Shown piece by piece: positions 34,708 through 45,487 of a DNA stretch of 64,000 bases. Below the pieces are notes generated by a model, which made no database searches, had not been told where the DNA came from, and saw only the letters and a program-made list of their open reading frames with translations. The stretch's first letter is position 1. Every line of letters begins with the position of its first letter. The translations under genes were made by a program, and so were the position numbers. Origin of the DNA: an uncultured Candidatus Peribacteria bacterium. Its GTDB lineage: Bacteria > Patescibacteriota > Gracilibacteria > UBA4473. The DNA lies in contig CAZDZO010000001.1 of the NCBI GenBank assembly GCA_964509975.1, positions 4,006 to 68,005 of the forward strand, in the 5' to 3' direction.

Positions 34708-37700
34708 TTATTCTCGAAGAATCTTTGGTTTTTCCATTCGTTTAATTTTTACGTCATTTTCATTATCCAATTTGATTTGTTCTCGACCAGAATTTGGATC
34801 AAGTGGGTTCCATGAATTTCGTGTTGGATAGTAATATGGAGCAACCTCTTTTTGATCATAATATTCTCGCGTTCTCAGATATGTCTCAATATCTGAACTC
34901 TTCATCCGTCGTGTTCCAAGTCGTCCCTGTTCTTCTTTTTCTTCTCCTCTGAATTTCAAAAGGAAACGCTTGAAAGCGTTTTCTGGTGTAAATGTTTCTT
35001 TTTTATGATTTACCGCTTGCACAAACCATGTTGCAAACTCTCCTCGGGTGATTTTTTTGTTATGGTAAAAGAATCGACCAGAAGCAAATGTTTTAAACCA
35101 TCCCGCTTGCTTTGCGGCAACAAGCATCGGTGCAAGTGGATCATTTTTAAGAACGTCACTGTAAGACGTTGTTTTTGCTTTTGGATTAATATCAAGCGGA
35201 AATACTGAAGACATTGCTAAAAGAACCTCTTCTCTTGTCGGTGGCTCTTCTGGTAATATTTTGAGATCAATAATCCCCTCCTTCATGGCCGTATAAAAGA
35301 GAAGGCTTTCCAATTTATTTTGAAGTGGAAAGTCTAAAATTTCTGGAAGCTGCGCTTTTTTGAGTGTCGGATAATCTTCTGTCGGAATACAGTTTGCCGC
35401 AAAAAGAAGTTGCAGTACCTGACTCCATGTTACCGTATCGTTGGGTTTAAATTTGTTTTCCTCATCAATATGAATAACTCCATATGAATCCATTATCATA
35501 ATATCTTCAACGTAGAGATGTCTCTGAGAAACATCGCTACAGTATTCTAAGCGTGGTTTTTCATTTAAACAAATCCCTTCTTTTTTTGCTGATGCAAGAT
35601 AGCTTTCTCCCCCATCAAGTGTTCTTCGCTCTGCCCCCAAAAGTCCAGTTACTCGCTGTGCCACATACGGTTGAACTTTGAATTCATCAACTGCCAGTCG
35701 ACCTGATTTATATCCGACAAAGAGGTCTCGTCCATATGCATCTGTTCTCGTAACAATTTCACCTTCTACTCCTTCATTAAGTTGTTTTACTTGTTCAAGG
35801 GCGAATTTATATCCTTTCTCTGCAATTCGAAGCAATTCATCTTGCTTCATTCCTGCCCACCGAAGAGCAATCTTCCCGCTCGGATCAATATCAATAAGTC
35901 CATACTCTCCTTGAATTTTTCCAGGATCCGTAAGGAGTTCTAGTATCGGAGAAATTCTCAAGTCTTCTCTTTCAAGGGCAATTGTTTCTTCGTATTTTAA
36001 ATACATTGGATTGTACATTCGCACCAAATATTCACTATCTCCTGGGATATTAAGAGAATACTCTCCTTGCCAATCTGTTGTTGTTTCGAAGGAGTATCCT
36101 CCATCAATAAATTTCACAATAACTCCTTGAACAGGTTCGCTATTCGTATTAAGAAGCTGTCCTGTTACGTGCACTCCTCGCTGAACATCAATGATTTGAG
36201 AAGTGAGGGCATTTGTTTGATCAAGTACCAGTATTTGTCCTTCCAAGAAGGTATTCGGGAAAGTGATTATTCCAAGTCCGACTGCTGTTGTATCGTCTTG
36301 TGTGAGTGAATTTAAGTTGCCATCTTTAATTTCAAAGATTTCTAACTTCGCACTTGCTTTTCCATTGAGTGTAAGATCAATAAATCCCTGAATGAAAAGT
36401 TGGTCATCAATAAGGTTGTTGAATACTGGATTTTCTCCATCCTCTGCTACATAAAAAACAAATCCTGGAGCTTTCACAACTTGCCCATCTGTATGGATAA
36501 ATTCCGCAGAAAGCGTATGTGTTCCTGCTTCAAGCGGAAGTTCGATAAAAGTGCGTCCAGAAGCATCTGCAACTCCTGTTGCAATCACTTCTCCTGAAGC
36601 ATTTTTTACTGCTACATGTCTTCCTACTGGTGCTTTTGCAATGAAAGTAAATGGGGTATCTGTTGTTTTTTCAGATGTTGTTTGTGGAAAAAGAAGGAGA
36701 ACTCTATGATCACTCGAATCACTTGGATCAGTTCCATCTGTTGATTCTGTTCCGTCAAAAACACTGTCCCCATCTGAATCTGTTTTTGTTGGATTCGTAT
36801 TGGCTTGATATTCTTGCAGGTTTGTTAGTGTATCAGAATCCACATCAGTGCTAGCATCGCTCGGATTATTTTTATCTAGTCCGTACAAATCCTCCCACCA
36901 ATCTGGCATCAAGTCTGAATCCGTATCTGTTGGCTGATTAGTTGCTGTTTTTACATTTTCTGCATTCCCAAGATTATCAACTGAGAAATATTTCACCGTA
37001 TAATAATCTCCATCAAACGTAATATTCTCTGACAGAATAGATGTTCCCGTTGTACTTTCTGTTGTTGGTGTAGTTCCATCTGTTGTGTAGTACGTTTGAG
37101 CAACCCCCGAACTCACTGGTGCATCGCTTGGCGTAAGTGTTATGGTAAAAGGTGTCGTTGGTGGTATCTCTGTTGGAGCGTCATGCATTGTTACCGGAAC
37201 CGTTCTATCTACTTTTACAATAACCACTGTGCTCTCCCTTGTGTTTCCCGCTAAATCGGTAGAAATAACTTTAAAACTATATTCTCCATCTTGATTCGTT
37301 CCGTCAGCTGTTCCGTCATCAGTGAAATAATACGTACCTGTGTCTGGAGATGTCTCAGTAGTTGATATTTGAGTAAAATCAAAATCATTGTCTCCAGAAA
37401 GCGCCTCATCTCCGTTTTGATCAAATCGCGCATATGTCACAATCGAATCAATCCCCGAATTAACATCCACCCCTGTTGAAGTGAAGGCTGTGGAGTTGGC
37501 TGCTACAAATCCATTATTTGTCGTCAAATCAAGTGCTAAAGCAAAAGTTGCCGTTGGTGCAAGCGAGTCTACTTTTACTTCAATATCTTGTGGCGTTTCC
37601 GAATTCCCGGCTTTATCTATTGAGAAAACACTGAGAGTGTTTACACCATTCATGTTAAATAAAATCGGAACTACGTAAGGCGCTATCCCTGCTGAATTTT

Positions 37701-40700
37701 TATTGAAGAGCGTTTCGGATACTCCAGACTCATCATCCGTTGCGCCAAGCGTTGCTATTACAGGAACAGAATACCACCCTCCCTCACTTGGCGTTCCTGA
37801 AATTGAAGAAGTTGTTACGGGATCCGTTTTGTCTATAAGAACCGACATGATCACCGATTTTCCACCGGTTTCTGTTGCGCTCTTCGCACGAACGGTATAA
37901 TTATAAGATTGTCCGTCGACTTTTGCTTCTGTGTCTGTATACACCGTCGTATCTGCATCGACCGTTGTATGGATGACTACATCGTCTCGTAACACCTCGT
38001 AGGCGGTAATGTTCGAAATATCATCTGCCGTTAACCAGTCCACTACTACCGTATCTGTTGTGGAATAGGAAACAGCGTTCTCAAAAGCTGGTGGATAAGT
38101 TTCTGTAGAACTTACATGAAATTGCATTGTGGCCGTTTCTGTCTCGATTCCAGCATTATTGGTTGCGATAATTTTGTACACATAAAATTCATCATCCACT
38201 GTTGTAGTGTCGATAAATGTCGTTGTTGTGGTTGTTCCCATCGAATGCATTGGCACTGAAAGCTGTACATTTCGCGATGCATCAAAAATATTATCTTCCC
38301 TAAAGATTTCATACTGCTGAATTCCTGATTCCCCGTCAGTTGATGCAGACCAAGTAATAATTTGATCTCCCACTGGTGCCGGATGTTGATGCACATCAAG
38401 AGCGAATTCTGTTGGTGCTGTTGTATCAATTGTTGTTCCATCGCTGTAAACAAAATCTGATTTTAGGGCGACTCCATCGACCGCTTTTACTCGGGCATAA
38501 TAAGTCTCTCCCTGTGTTCCCGCATATGTATGGTTAACTCGTATATAATGATTATCTTCAAAGACAATATTTGAAAAATTATTTTCATCTGAAATTTGAA
38601 CTTCATAGTGATCTACGCCTGATCCTCCAGTATCCGTAAAGTTGTTCCAAGAAAATATAATGTTTGTTTCTGCTGAATACGCAGACTGATTGGCAACTGT
38701 TCCTTCTACTGGCGCCTGAGTATCAATAGTGGTAGAGACTATTTCAGAAAAGATTGTTTCTTCCCCCCCCGCATCACGAAGTTTCACTCGATAATAATAC
38801 ATCGTTCCATTTGATAAATTTTGAAAATCATACGATGTCTCTGGAATCCATCCTGAGTTTTGAGTGATAGTTTCAAAGTTTTCATCCATCGACATTTCTG
38901 CATAAAACTGTGCCGATGGAACCTCTGAAGCCCAGGTGAAAGAAACACTATTGGATCCCACAAATGTTGGAAGGGTGTTTACCGTTGGTGGTCCTGCTTC
39001 AATAGTAACAACTTCAAAAGCCGTTTCTTCCGAATCTACGTTTGAAGCATTTTCTCCCACATACGCACGAACAAAGATCGTATGTTCTCCCACGACAAAC
39101 GTAAGAGCCTCACTTTGCCATGTTCCCACAGTCTCCGTAATATCAAAAAAATCTCTCGGAGCCTCTTCTCCTTCTACAAATATCGCTACACGCGTCGGAA
39201 CCGTTCCTTTCCAAAGAGGGTCTCCTGTTCCTGATATAGTGTATTCATAGCTATCTTCGGAATCTCGAACAACTGAGACAATCACCGGTGTTTGAATTGG
39301 AATATTGGCATCATTATCATGATCCTCTCCTTTAATTTCACCTTCCTCGTCTTCATATAAATTTGCCAATCCATCTCCGTCTAAGTCAGGAACACCTGAT
39401 TCGTAGATATAAAAAGATCTATCAGAAGAAACCACTGTGGACGCATTGGCCCCCATGTACGTTCTCGCAAACACTGTATGACTTCCTGGATTAATAGTAG
39501 CACTACATTCCCAATTACTGATATAAGTAGGTGCAATACTTGTAAGACTAGCTTGACTAAGGATTTCTGAGGTAGCGAGCGTAGAAGTATTAAGTTCTGT
39601 AATTCCGCTCTCAGACAATATGTATGCTTTATTCCGAAGACTATCTTGTACTACATCAACAACTACTTCCGAAGTCGATTGAAGGAACATTTTCGTATTT
39701 TCAGAAAACCAGTTGGTTGTGGTGTTATAGAGAGAAAGAATTTGATCACTGGAGTAGGCTTCATTTACTACAAAAGGAAGCGCTACTGATCCTGAAAAAT
39801 ATTCTGAGTCATATCCATATCCGATACGCAAGTCTTCCGTCACACTGACAATGTTTCCAGTGTGTGAATTTACTTCTTCCAAGGCACCGTTTCTATAGAT
39901 GCGCACATTCGTTCCATCATACGTTCCCACAATAAATTCCCACGTATCAGCCGCAGGAGTTGTTTGTATCGATGCAGCTTGGAATCCTTGATCCGTTCTA
40001 ATTCCAAAAAAGTAAGGATCTTCTGCAAACGGATAATTAAAAAAATTGTCTCCCGCTGACAAGAAATAACTTCTGGTCTCAATCGAAGTTCCGTGTGTTA
40101 ATATTTTTTGATACGGTCCCGTCCCCCCTGTCGTAGGTCGTTTAATCCACATTCCAACTGTAATTTCATCACCCGTAATGTTGAAATCTGTATCACTAGA
40201 ACTGAGATAATTTGAAGTTCCATTAAAAGTGAATTGTTGCATTTCTGCTCCCGAAGCCACCGCACTTATGGTAACGCTTCCGTTGTTTGTAAGATTATTT
40301 CCAGATCCACTTCTATCGGTTCCCCCGTCAAGCCACACTCCCTGTTCTGCTCCCAACATAGAAAATGTTGTGTATGTTGGCGTGAGATACTTATATGATA
40401 GAAAAGCCGTTCCTCCATTTGCAAAGGATGTCGCCACTTCAGAAGCGGAAAGAACGCGATTGTAAAATCGAATATCCTTCATTTTCCCCTGAAAAAAATC
40501 TGTTTCTTTTCCTATCGTGGCATTACTAAGGGTGATCCCTGTATCTGTTGTAATAACAACGTGTCGCAAGTTCGTATCAATAGTAGTGCTAATTTCCCCG
40601 TCAACATACATTGATGGTGTATCAAATCCCGTGGCACTTACCGTTCCTGAGGTTACTTCAATTGTATGTGTTCCTTCGTCAAAATCGAAAATATCCTCTG

Positions 40701-42075
40701 TCAACGTCTCTGCTTCTATCCAAAAACTCACTGTTTTTATTTCAGATCTAAGCGAATTGAGTGTTATATAATCTGTCGTTCCATTGAGTGTTATTTCATT
40801 ATTTAAAATCGTGGGCCCCCCTTGTACGGTTCCACTTTGATACACATTTGACGTAATTCCTGACAAGCTTTCAAAAAATTCACGATAGACCAATCCGTCT
40901 TCAATATTTTTGTATCCACTTGAAATTTGTGTTAGCCCTTCAGAGTGTCCAACAAAGTCTTCATATACTGTATTGACTATTCCTCCTTCAAAATTCACAT
41001 TCGCTGAAATTCCCTCTTCTTCTGTCCAATTGTTGCCAAGACTCACTACCGAAACGGTAGAAATAAACGTTGTATCATCTATTGCGTAGAGCAGTTTATT
41101 GTCACTCGTAATAGAAATTCCATCAATCGCTGATGTTGTTTTCGAAACGACCGAACCGTCTGTAATATTATAAATCGTAATCCCTCCCCCTGTTCCAATA
41201 ACAATGTAATCCTTATCCTCGATTGTTTTGGCATAGATATCCGTAACACTGTTATGAATAATTGCAGGAGAAGAAGCTGTTGTCAGCACGTCAACAAAAG
41301 AATCATTTACAAAATCATACACCGAAAATCCATTCGCTGTTCCTGCAAAAATAACTCCATTATTTGCGGCAAGAGTCACTCCTCCCGACAGTGAAAAACT
41401 TTTCCAAAAGATTTGTTTTTCCGCGTCGAAGAGTGAGAGCTTTCCTGTCGTTGCGAAAAGAAGGACTTGTGCTGGAAAATCTGTTGATCCACACCGATCA
41501 TCAGATCCACCTCTCGGATCATCATCTTCATCAATATCCCCATCGCTATTGTCATCATCTCCTGTTCGATAATCACAAGCGCTATCGGCTCCATCATCTT
41601 TTGTTTCATTGTACCAAGTCACCCCCGCGCCACGATCGGTTCTCCACGTATTACTCAAAGAATCCTGTCTCGTGTCGTAAAATAATTGTGCCGAAATATT
41701 CTCCGCCAAAAATTCAATTGTATCCACTTTTCCATACGATCCGTCTCCAATAGAAATTCCATTTCCCGAGACTGCCCCCGTACAAACCTGCGTCCCTTCT
41801 TCAAAAATTTTTGTTGTTGTTCCTACTTCTGCAGTTCCCCAGAACGGCGCTAAAAGATTTTCATCAAATACGGCTTGTCTTTCTTTTGGAAAAGAAATAA
41901 TCGGTGTTGCTAATACTATCGAATCCGTGTTATCAATTTCACTTGCAAGTCCGTCTCCATCTAGATCTATCGCAAATACTGGAAAAACAAAAAATCCACA
42001 CAAAAAAACAAATCCCGAAAAGACAAGGGTCTTCTTGTTCCTCCAAGGGGTCTTTTTTATTTTGTGGAAAATCAT
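34708..42075 (-). CDS. giant surface protein with LamG, FN3, TSP3-like calcium-binding repeats, carboxypeptidase-regulatory-like and C-terminal SLH-like domains
   Basis: ATG at 42075 gives the signal peptide 'MIFHKIKKTPWRNKKTLVFSGFVFLCGFFVFPVFA'. Two LamG-like blocks ('FWIEAETL..FQGKMKDIRFYNRVLS' and 'VGMWIKRP..VRIYRNGAL'). FN3-like repeats. 'DTDSDLMPDWWEDLYGLDKNNPSD..DSDGDSVFDG'. C-terminal 'SYSDVLKNDPLAPMLVAAKQAGW'. The start is uncertain (alternative ATG at 42129). Confidence 0.75.
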   Translation of the reverse strand: MIFHKIKKTPWRNKKTLVFSGFVFLCGFFVFPVFAIDLDGDGLASEIDNTDSIVLATPIISFPKERQAVFDENLLAPFWGTAEVGTTTKIFEEGTQVCTGAVSGNGISIGDGSYGKVDTIEFLAENISAQLFYDTRQDSLSNTWRTDRGAGVTWYNETKDDGADSACDYRTGDDDNSDGDIDEDDDPRGGSDDRCGSTDFPAQVLLFATTGKLSLFDAEKQIFWKSFSLSGGVTLAANNGVIFAGTANGFSVYDFVNDSFVDVLTTASSPAIIHNSVTDIYAKTIEDKDYIVIGTGGGITIYNITDGSVVSKTTSAIDGISITSDNKLLYAIDDTTFISTVSVVSLGNNWTEEEGISANVNFEGGIVNTVYEDFVGHSEGLTQISSGYKNIEDGLVYREFFESLSGITSNVYQSGTVQGGPTILNNEITLNGTTDYITLNSLRSEIKTVSFWIEAETLTEDIFDFDEGTHTIEVTSGTVSATGFDTPSMYVDGEISTTIDTNLRHVVITTDTGITLSNATIGKETDFFQGKMKDIRFYNRVLSASEVATSFANGGTAFLSYKYLTPTYTTFSMLGAEQGVWLDGGTDRSGSGNNLTNNGSVTISAVASGAEMQQFTFNGTSNYLSSSDTDFNITGDEITVGMWIKRPTTGGTGPYQKILTHGTSIETRSYFLSAGDNFFNYPFAEDPYFFGIRTDQGFQAASIQTTPAADTWEFIVGTYDGTNVRIYRNGALEEVNSHTGNIVSVTEDLRIGYGYDSEYFSGSVALPFVVNEAYSSDQILSLYNTTTNWFSENTKMFLQSTSEVVVDVVQDSLRNKAYILSESGITELNTSTLATSEILSQASLTSIAPTYISNWECSATINPGSHTVFARTYMGANASTVVSSDRSFYIYESGVPDLDGDGLANLYEDEEGEIKGEDHDNDANIPIQTPVIVSVVRDSEDSYEYTISGTGDPLWKGTVPTRVAIFVEGEEAPRDFFDITETVGTWQSEALTFVVGEHTIFVRAYVGENASNVDSEETAFEVVTIEAGPPTVNTLPTFVGSNSVSFTWASEVPSAQFYAEMSMDENFETITQNSGWIPETSYDFQNLSNGTMYYYRVKLRDAGGEETIFSEIVSTTIDTQAPVEGTVANQSAYSAETNIIFSWNNFTDTGGSGVDHYEVQISDENNFSNIVFEDNHYIRVNHTYAGTQGETYYARVKAVDGVALKSDFVYSDGTTIDTTAPTEFALDVHQHPAPVGDQIITWSASTDGESGIQQYEIFREDNIFDASRNVQLSVPMHSMGTTTTTTFIDTTTVDDEFYVYKIIATNNAGIETETATMQFHVSSTETYPPAFENAVSYSTTDTVVVDWLTADDISNITAYEVLRDDVVIHTTVDADTTVYTDTEAKVDGQSYNYTVRAKSATETGGKSVIMSVLIDKTDPVTTSSISGTPSEGGWYSVPVIATLGATDDESGVSETLFNKNSAGIAPYVVPILFNMNGVNTLSVFSIDKAGNSETPQDIEVKVDSLAPTATFALALDLTTNNGFVAANSTAFTSTGVDVNSGIDSIVTYARFDQNGDEALSGDNDFDFTQISTTETSPDTGTYYFTDDGTADGTNQDGEYSFKVISTDLAGNTRESTVVIVKVDRTVPVTMHDAPTEIPPTTPFTITLTPSDAPVSSGVAQTYYTTDGTTPTTESTTGTSILSENITFDGDYYTVKYFSVDNLGNAENVKTATNQPTDTDSDLMPDWWEDLYGLDKNNPSDASTDVDSDTLTNLQEYQANTNPTKTDSDGDSVFDGTESTDGTDPSDSSDHRVLLLFPQTTSEKTTDTPFTFIAKAPVGRHVAVKNASGEVIATGVADASGRTFIELPLEAGTHTLSAEFIHTDGQVVKAPGFVFYVAEDGENPVFNNLIDDQLFIQGFIDLTLNGKASAKLEIFEIKDGNLNSLTQDDTTAVGLGIITFPNTFLEGQILVLDQTNALTSQIIDVQRGVHVTGQLLNTNSEPVQGVIVKFIDGGYSFETTTDWQGEYSLNIPGDSEYLVRMYNPMYLKYEETIALEREDLRISPILELLTDPGKIQGEYGLIDIDPSGKIALRWAGMKQDELLRIAEKGYKFALEQVKQLNEGVEGEIVTRTDAYGRDLFVGYKSGRLAVDEFKVQPYVAQRVTGLLGAERRTLDGGESYLASAKKEGICLNEKPRLEYCSDVSQRHLYVEDIMIMDSYGVIHIDEENKFKPNDTVTWSQVLQLLFAANCIPTEDYPTLKKAQLPEILDFPLQNKLESLLFYTAMKEGIIDLKILPEEPPTREEVLLAMSSVFPLDINPKAKTTSYSDVLKNDPLAPMLVAAKQAGWFKTFASGRFFYHNKKITRGEFATWFVQAVNHKKETFTPENAFKRFLLKFRGEEKEEQGRLGTRRMKSSDIETYLRTREYYDQKEVAPYYYPTRNSWNPLDPNSGREQIKLDNENDVKIKRMEKPKILRE

Positions 42076-42217
42076 ATTTTTCCTTAATTTTAGATGCAAA
42101 AACGCATCTTTTATTGTATGGGTCTCCATCCAAAAACGCAAAAAATATCATTTAAAAAGATTTGACATTGCCCCTAAAGAGCAGAAGAATAAAATGCGTT
42201 TTTATCCCTTTCGTAAT

Positions 42218-42787
42218 ATGAAAAAGAAAATCTTTATTATTCTCGGAATTGTCGCAATTGGAGCGACTCTTTATTTCTCTGGCATGGGACAATATCTCAA
42301 GACCAGTCTTATTCAGTCACCAAGTACAGTAATACTTGAAACGAATCTTGGTAATATAACCATCAAATTACTTCCCGAAGAAGCCCCTACGCTTGTTCGA
42401 AACTTTGCTGAACTCGCAAAGGAAGATAAATACGATGGCACCATCTTTCACCGAGTGATTAATGGATTTATGATCCAAGGAGGAGATTATGAAAATGCAA
42501 ATGGAACAGGAGGGATGTCTTCTGTAGGAGAATTACTGGAAGATGAATTTTCACAGAATCTTTCTCACGTACGAGGAGTTGTTTCTATGGCGAATCGCGG
42601 ACCAAACACCAATGGTTCTCAATTCTTTATTGTGCAACAAGATGCTCCCTTTCTTGATGGACGACACTCAATTTTTGGACAAGTTATTGAGGGCATGGAA
42701 ACCGTTGATAAAATCGCTCAAGTAAAAACTGGGCCGAACGACGCCCCTATTGAAAAAGTCGTCCTTTTTGATGTTGTATTTAAATAA
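42218..42787 (+). CDS. cyclophilin-type peptidyl-prolyl cis-trans isomerase, membrane-anchored or secreted
   Basis: 'FHRVINGFMIQGGD' and 'MANRGPNTNGSQFFI', with an N-terminal hydrophobic segment. Confidence 0.88.
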   Translation: MKKKIFIILGIVAIGATLYFSGMGQYLKTSLIQSPSTVILETNLGNITIKLLPEEAPTLVRNFAELAKEDKYDGTIFHRVINGFMIQGGDYENANGTGGMSSVGELLEDEFSQNLSHVRGVVSMANRGPNTNGSQFFIVQQDAPFLDGRHSIFGQVIEGMETVDKIAQVKTGPNDAPIEKVVLFDVVFK

Positions 42788-42797
42788 TTTTTTAAAA

Positions 42798-43265
42798 ATG
42801 AACCTCTTTCACCACAAAACGAAAACCATTGGTCGCCGAATGTTTGTTGCAAAAGTTTGCGGACTTTTAATAGGAATTGTCGGATACCTTTTTGCACCAG
42901 CATTCTTAGGTGTATACATCTCTCCATATCTTCAGTGGGGAATTCTACTTTGGGGACTCACTTTCGGAACGATTATCGGACTCATGGGAGTTTTTACCGA
43001 ATGCCCTTTTTGGAAACACTGCCCAATTTACCGATGGAATGCGCTTCGTCCTATTCTCCGAGGGGGATTCGTTGGAGCCTGGCTTGAATTTATGTTGGCT
43101 ATTCTTCTCTACGATTCGATCACTGAGCTCGCACTCTATTTGAACTGGGGAACTTTTTTTGAGGCAAATATTCTCGTACTTGCTGCTGTAGAAGGATTCT
43201 TGATTGGAGCCATTATTGACTCCCTCTCTACAAAAATCGGCGGAGATGGTAAAAAAATATTGTAA
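42798..43265 (+). CDS. hypothetical integral membrane protein
   Basis: ATG at 42798. Four hydrophobic segments. Confidence 0.5.
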   Translation: MNLFHHKTKTIGRRMFVAKVCGLLIGIVGYLFAPAFLGVYISPYLQWGILLWGLTFGTIIGLMGVFTECPFWKHCPIYRWNALRPILRGGFVGAWLEFMLAILLYDSITELALYLNWGTFFEANILVLAAVEGFLIGAIIDSLSTKIGGDGKKIL

Positions 43266-43315
43266 CAAACCCTTTTTCTTTTCGTTTCAGTAATTGATGC
43301 GAAAATATACACACT

Positions 43316-44653
43316 ATGGGATTTGAAGATTTAGAAAAAATTATTCGTGCACTCTTTAAAAATGCGGACATTCCGCAGAAATCTCTTCAAAAAGAGCGCA
43401 TCCGATTTCAGGCATTAGAAACTTTTTCAGAACAAAAAAAAGCGACTCCCTTTTGGAAAAAACTCTTTGCCCCTCGTGTTTCAACTACTGCGTTTGCTGC
43501 TGTCGCTTTTTTGGTACTCTTTAATATTGCTCCCGGAAACTTTCTTTCAGCCGGAGAAATCCATCCCAAGTTCGGTCCTGTAGAGGTTTTGAGAGGAAAT
43601 GACATTATTCTTGTAGACAAAGCGTTTTCTTTAAAAAAAGGAGACGTCATTCGCGTCGGAAACAATTCCGAAGCAGAAATAATTTTCCCTAATAAATCGA
43701 CATCAATCGTTAAATCAAGCACACAGTTAAAAATAGTAAAGAAAGATTCTCTCTTTTTGGAAAAGGGAACCATTGAAAGTGTAAGCGAAGAGAAAGGAAA
43801 TATTTCTACCCAACGGGGACTTATTTCGAGTCCTTCGCAATCAATATATCGAGTGCTCGTTTCTGAAAGCGGAGAAACTCATGTTATTAATCTCTCACAA
43901 GAAAATCCTCTCACTATTTTTGACTGGAAAGACGGAGAAATGAAATTACTTGCTGGGGAAGAATTACGACTGAGAACAGATACCGCGCTCGTTGATAACG
44001 ACATTCCAGACGACCTCAAGCTTTCTTTGACACAAGTTCAAGCCATTCAGGCAAAACTTATTATCACCCGAACAAAAATTCTTACGGGAACGGAAAAGAT
44101 TCTCGCAGGAAACAAACGAGAAGCTGAAAAGGATCTTGCTTCTGCAAAGAAAAGTTTTCAGTCTATCGTACAAGTTCTCGAGGCCTCTCGAAACCTTCAA
44201 ATTGTAAAACGAAAATACATCGACAATATTCCGCTTACCGAAGTCGTGCAACGAGTAGCGGAAAAAACTAATGATCTTGCTCTTCTTCAGGAAGCACGCT
44301 CAGTAGAAGTCCTGTGGAAACTTGTTGAACGGAACAAGACAAACCTTAGTTTTGGATTCGAAAAAACAGGTGTCCAGGCCTTTGATAGGTTTGTATTACT
44401 AGATTATCTCTTTTCTTTGGGAACAGAAAAAGAGCCTTACTTCGGAGAAATCCTAAAACAAAAATATGCCATCTCGTTCCTACAACGAATACAAAATAAT
44501 GAGCTTCGTATAGATCAAATAACTTTATTAAACAAAGAGATCGAGCAACTTCCGACAAACGAGCTCACTCAAGATTTCCTTCAACGCGTAGCCAACCTTT
44601 TTCCTCCAGATCTCAGCACCATGCTTGAGGAAAAAATTGAAAGTTTATTCTAA
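43316..44653 (+). CDS. hypothetical membrane-anchored protein (possible FecR-like domain)
   Basis: One TM segment, 'TTAFAAVAFLVLFNI', then 'GDVIRVGNNSEAEIIFPNKSTSIV', which resembles FecR-type sensors. The resemblance is weak. Confidence 0.4.
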   Translation: MGFEDLEKIIRALFKNADIPQKSLQKERIRFQALETFSEQKKATPFWKKLFAPRVSTTAFAAVAFLVLFNIAPGNFLSAGEIHPKFGPVEVLRGNDIILVDKAFSLKKGDVIRVGNNSEAEIIFPNKSTSIVKSSTQLKIVKKDSLFLEKGTIESVSEEKGNISTQRGLISSPSQSIYRVLVSESGETHVINLSQENPLTIFDWKDGEMKLLAGEELRLRTDTALVDNDIPDDLKLSLTQVQAIQAKLIITRTKILTGTEKILAGNKREAEKDLASAKKSFQSIVQVLEASRNLQIVKRKYIDNIPLTEVVQRVAEKTNDLALLQEARSVEVLWKLVERNKTNLSFGFEKTGVQAFDRFVLLDYLFSLGTEKEPYFGEILKQKYAISFLQRIQNNELRIDQITLLNKEIEQLPTNELTQDFLQRVANLFPPDLSTMLEEKIESLF

Positions 44654-45345
44654 ACCATTCCTACAAAAGCTTCTTGCAGAGAAATTTCTTTTTTGTCGAA
44701 CAAAACCTTACCCTCTTCAAGTCTTATAACACGCGGTCGAAGTTCTTGTACGAGAATAGGATCGTGTGTAGCAAAAAGAATTGTAAGTTTTTTTTCTTTA
44801 TAAAGTGTCTGCATAAGTGCTGCAATTTCTTTTGAATTCTGCGGATCAAGATTCCCTGTGGCTTCATCAGCAATAAGAAGTTTTGGATTGTGAACTAATG
44901 CCCGCGCAATAGCGGTTCTTTGTTTTTCTCCTCCCGAAAGCGAATCTGGAAATTGATTTTTCTTATCCCAAAGTCCCACCAACTTAAGAAGTTCTGGAAC
45001 TTTTTTAGAAATTTCATCTTCTTCTCCACAAACCTCCAAGGCAAAAGCTACATTTTCATACACTGTTTTTTGGGGAAGTAATTGGAAATCTTGAAATACA
45101 ACTCCAATCTGACGACGATATTTTTGAAGATTGGAATAGGAAAGTTTCTCAAGGGCAAAATTATCAAGCTGAATTGACCCAAGCGTCGGCTTAAGTTCTC
45201 CAAGCAGGAGTCTAAAAATCGATGTTTTTCCCGTCCCTGACGCCCCAAGGATAGCAACTATCTCTCCTGGATTAATAATGAAGTTCACATTTTTGAGTAC
45301 TTCTTTTTTTTGGAGAGAAAGAGAAACGTTTTGGAATTCCAACAT
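44650..45345 (-). CDS. ftsE: ABC ATPase, FtsE-like
   Basis: 'LGASGTGKTS', 'LSGGEKQRTAIARAL' and 'LLIADEATGNLD'. 231 aa. No ftsX is adjacent. Confidence 0.65.
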   Translation of the reverse strand: MLEFQNVSLSLQKKEVLKNVNFIINPGEIVAILGASGTGKTSIFRLLLGELKPTLGSIQLDNFALEKLSYSNLQKYRRQIGVVFQDFQLLPQKTVYENVAFALEVCGEEDEISKKVPELLKLVGLWDKKNQFPDSLSGGEKQRTAIARALVHNPKLLIADEATGNLDPQNSKEIAALMQTLYKEKKLTILFATHDPILVQELRPRVIRLEEGKVLFDKKEISLQEAFVGMV

Positions 45346-45487
45346 TGAGTTTATTATTATTGTTCCTTCCTTTTTTTACAATAGTTCTTTAAAACGGAAG
45401 TGAAACGGCGCCATCTCACCTGAACTTTCTAACTATTTATTTGCAATACTCTTGCATTTTCCAAAAACTTTGCTAGGTTCGATTTCG

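Noticed and set aside
45346-45487. A Fur box in the divergent ftsE/fur promoter region ('TTGCAATACTCTTGCATT').
   Set aside because: It shows only a short direct-repeat resemblance. There is no 19-bp GATAATGATAATCATTATC-like palindrome.
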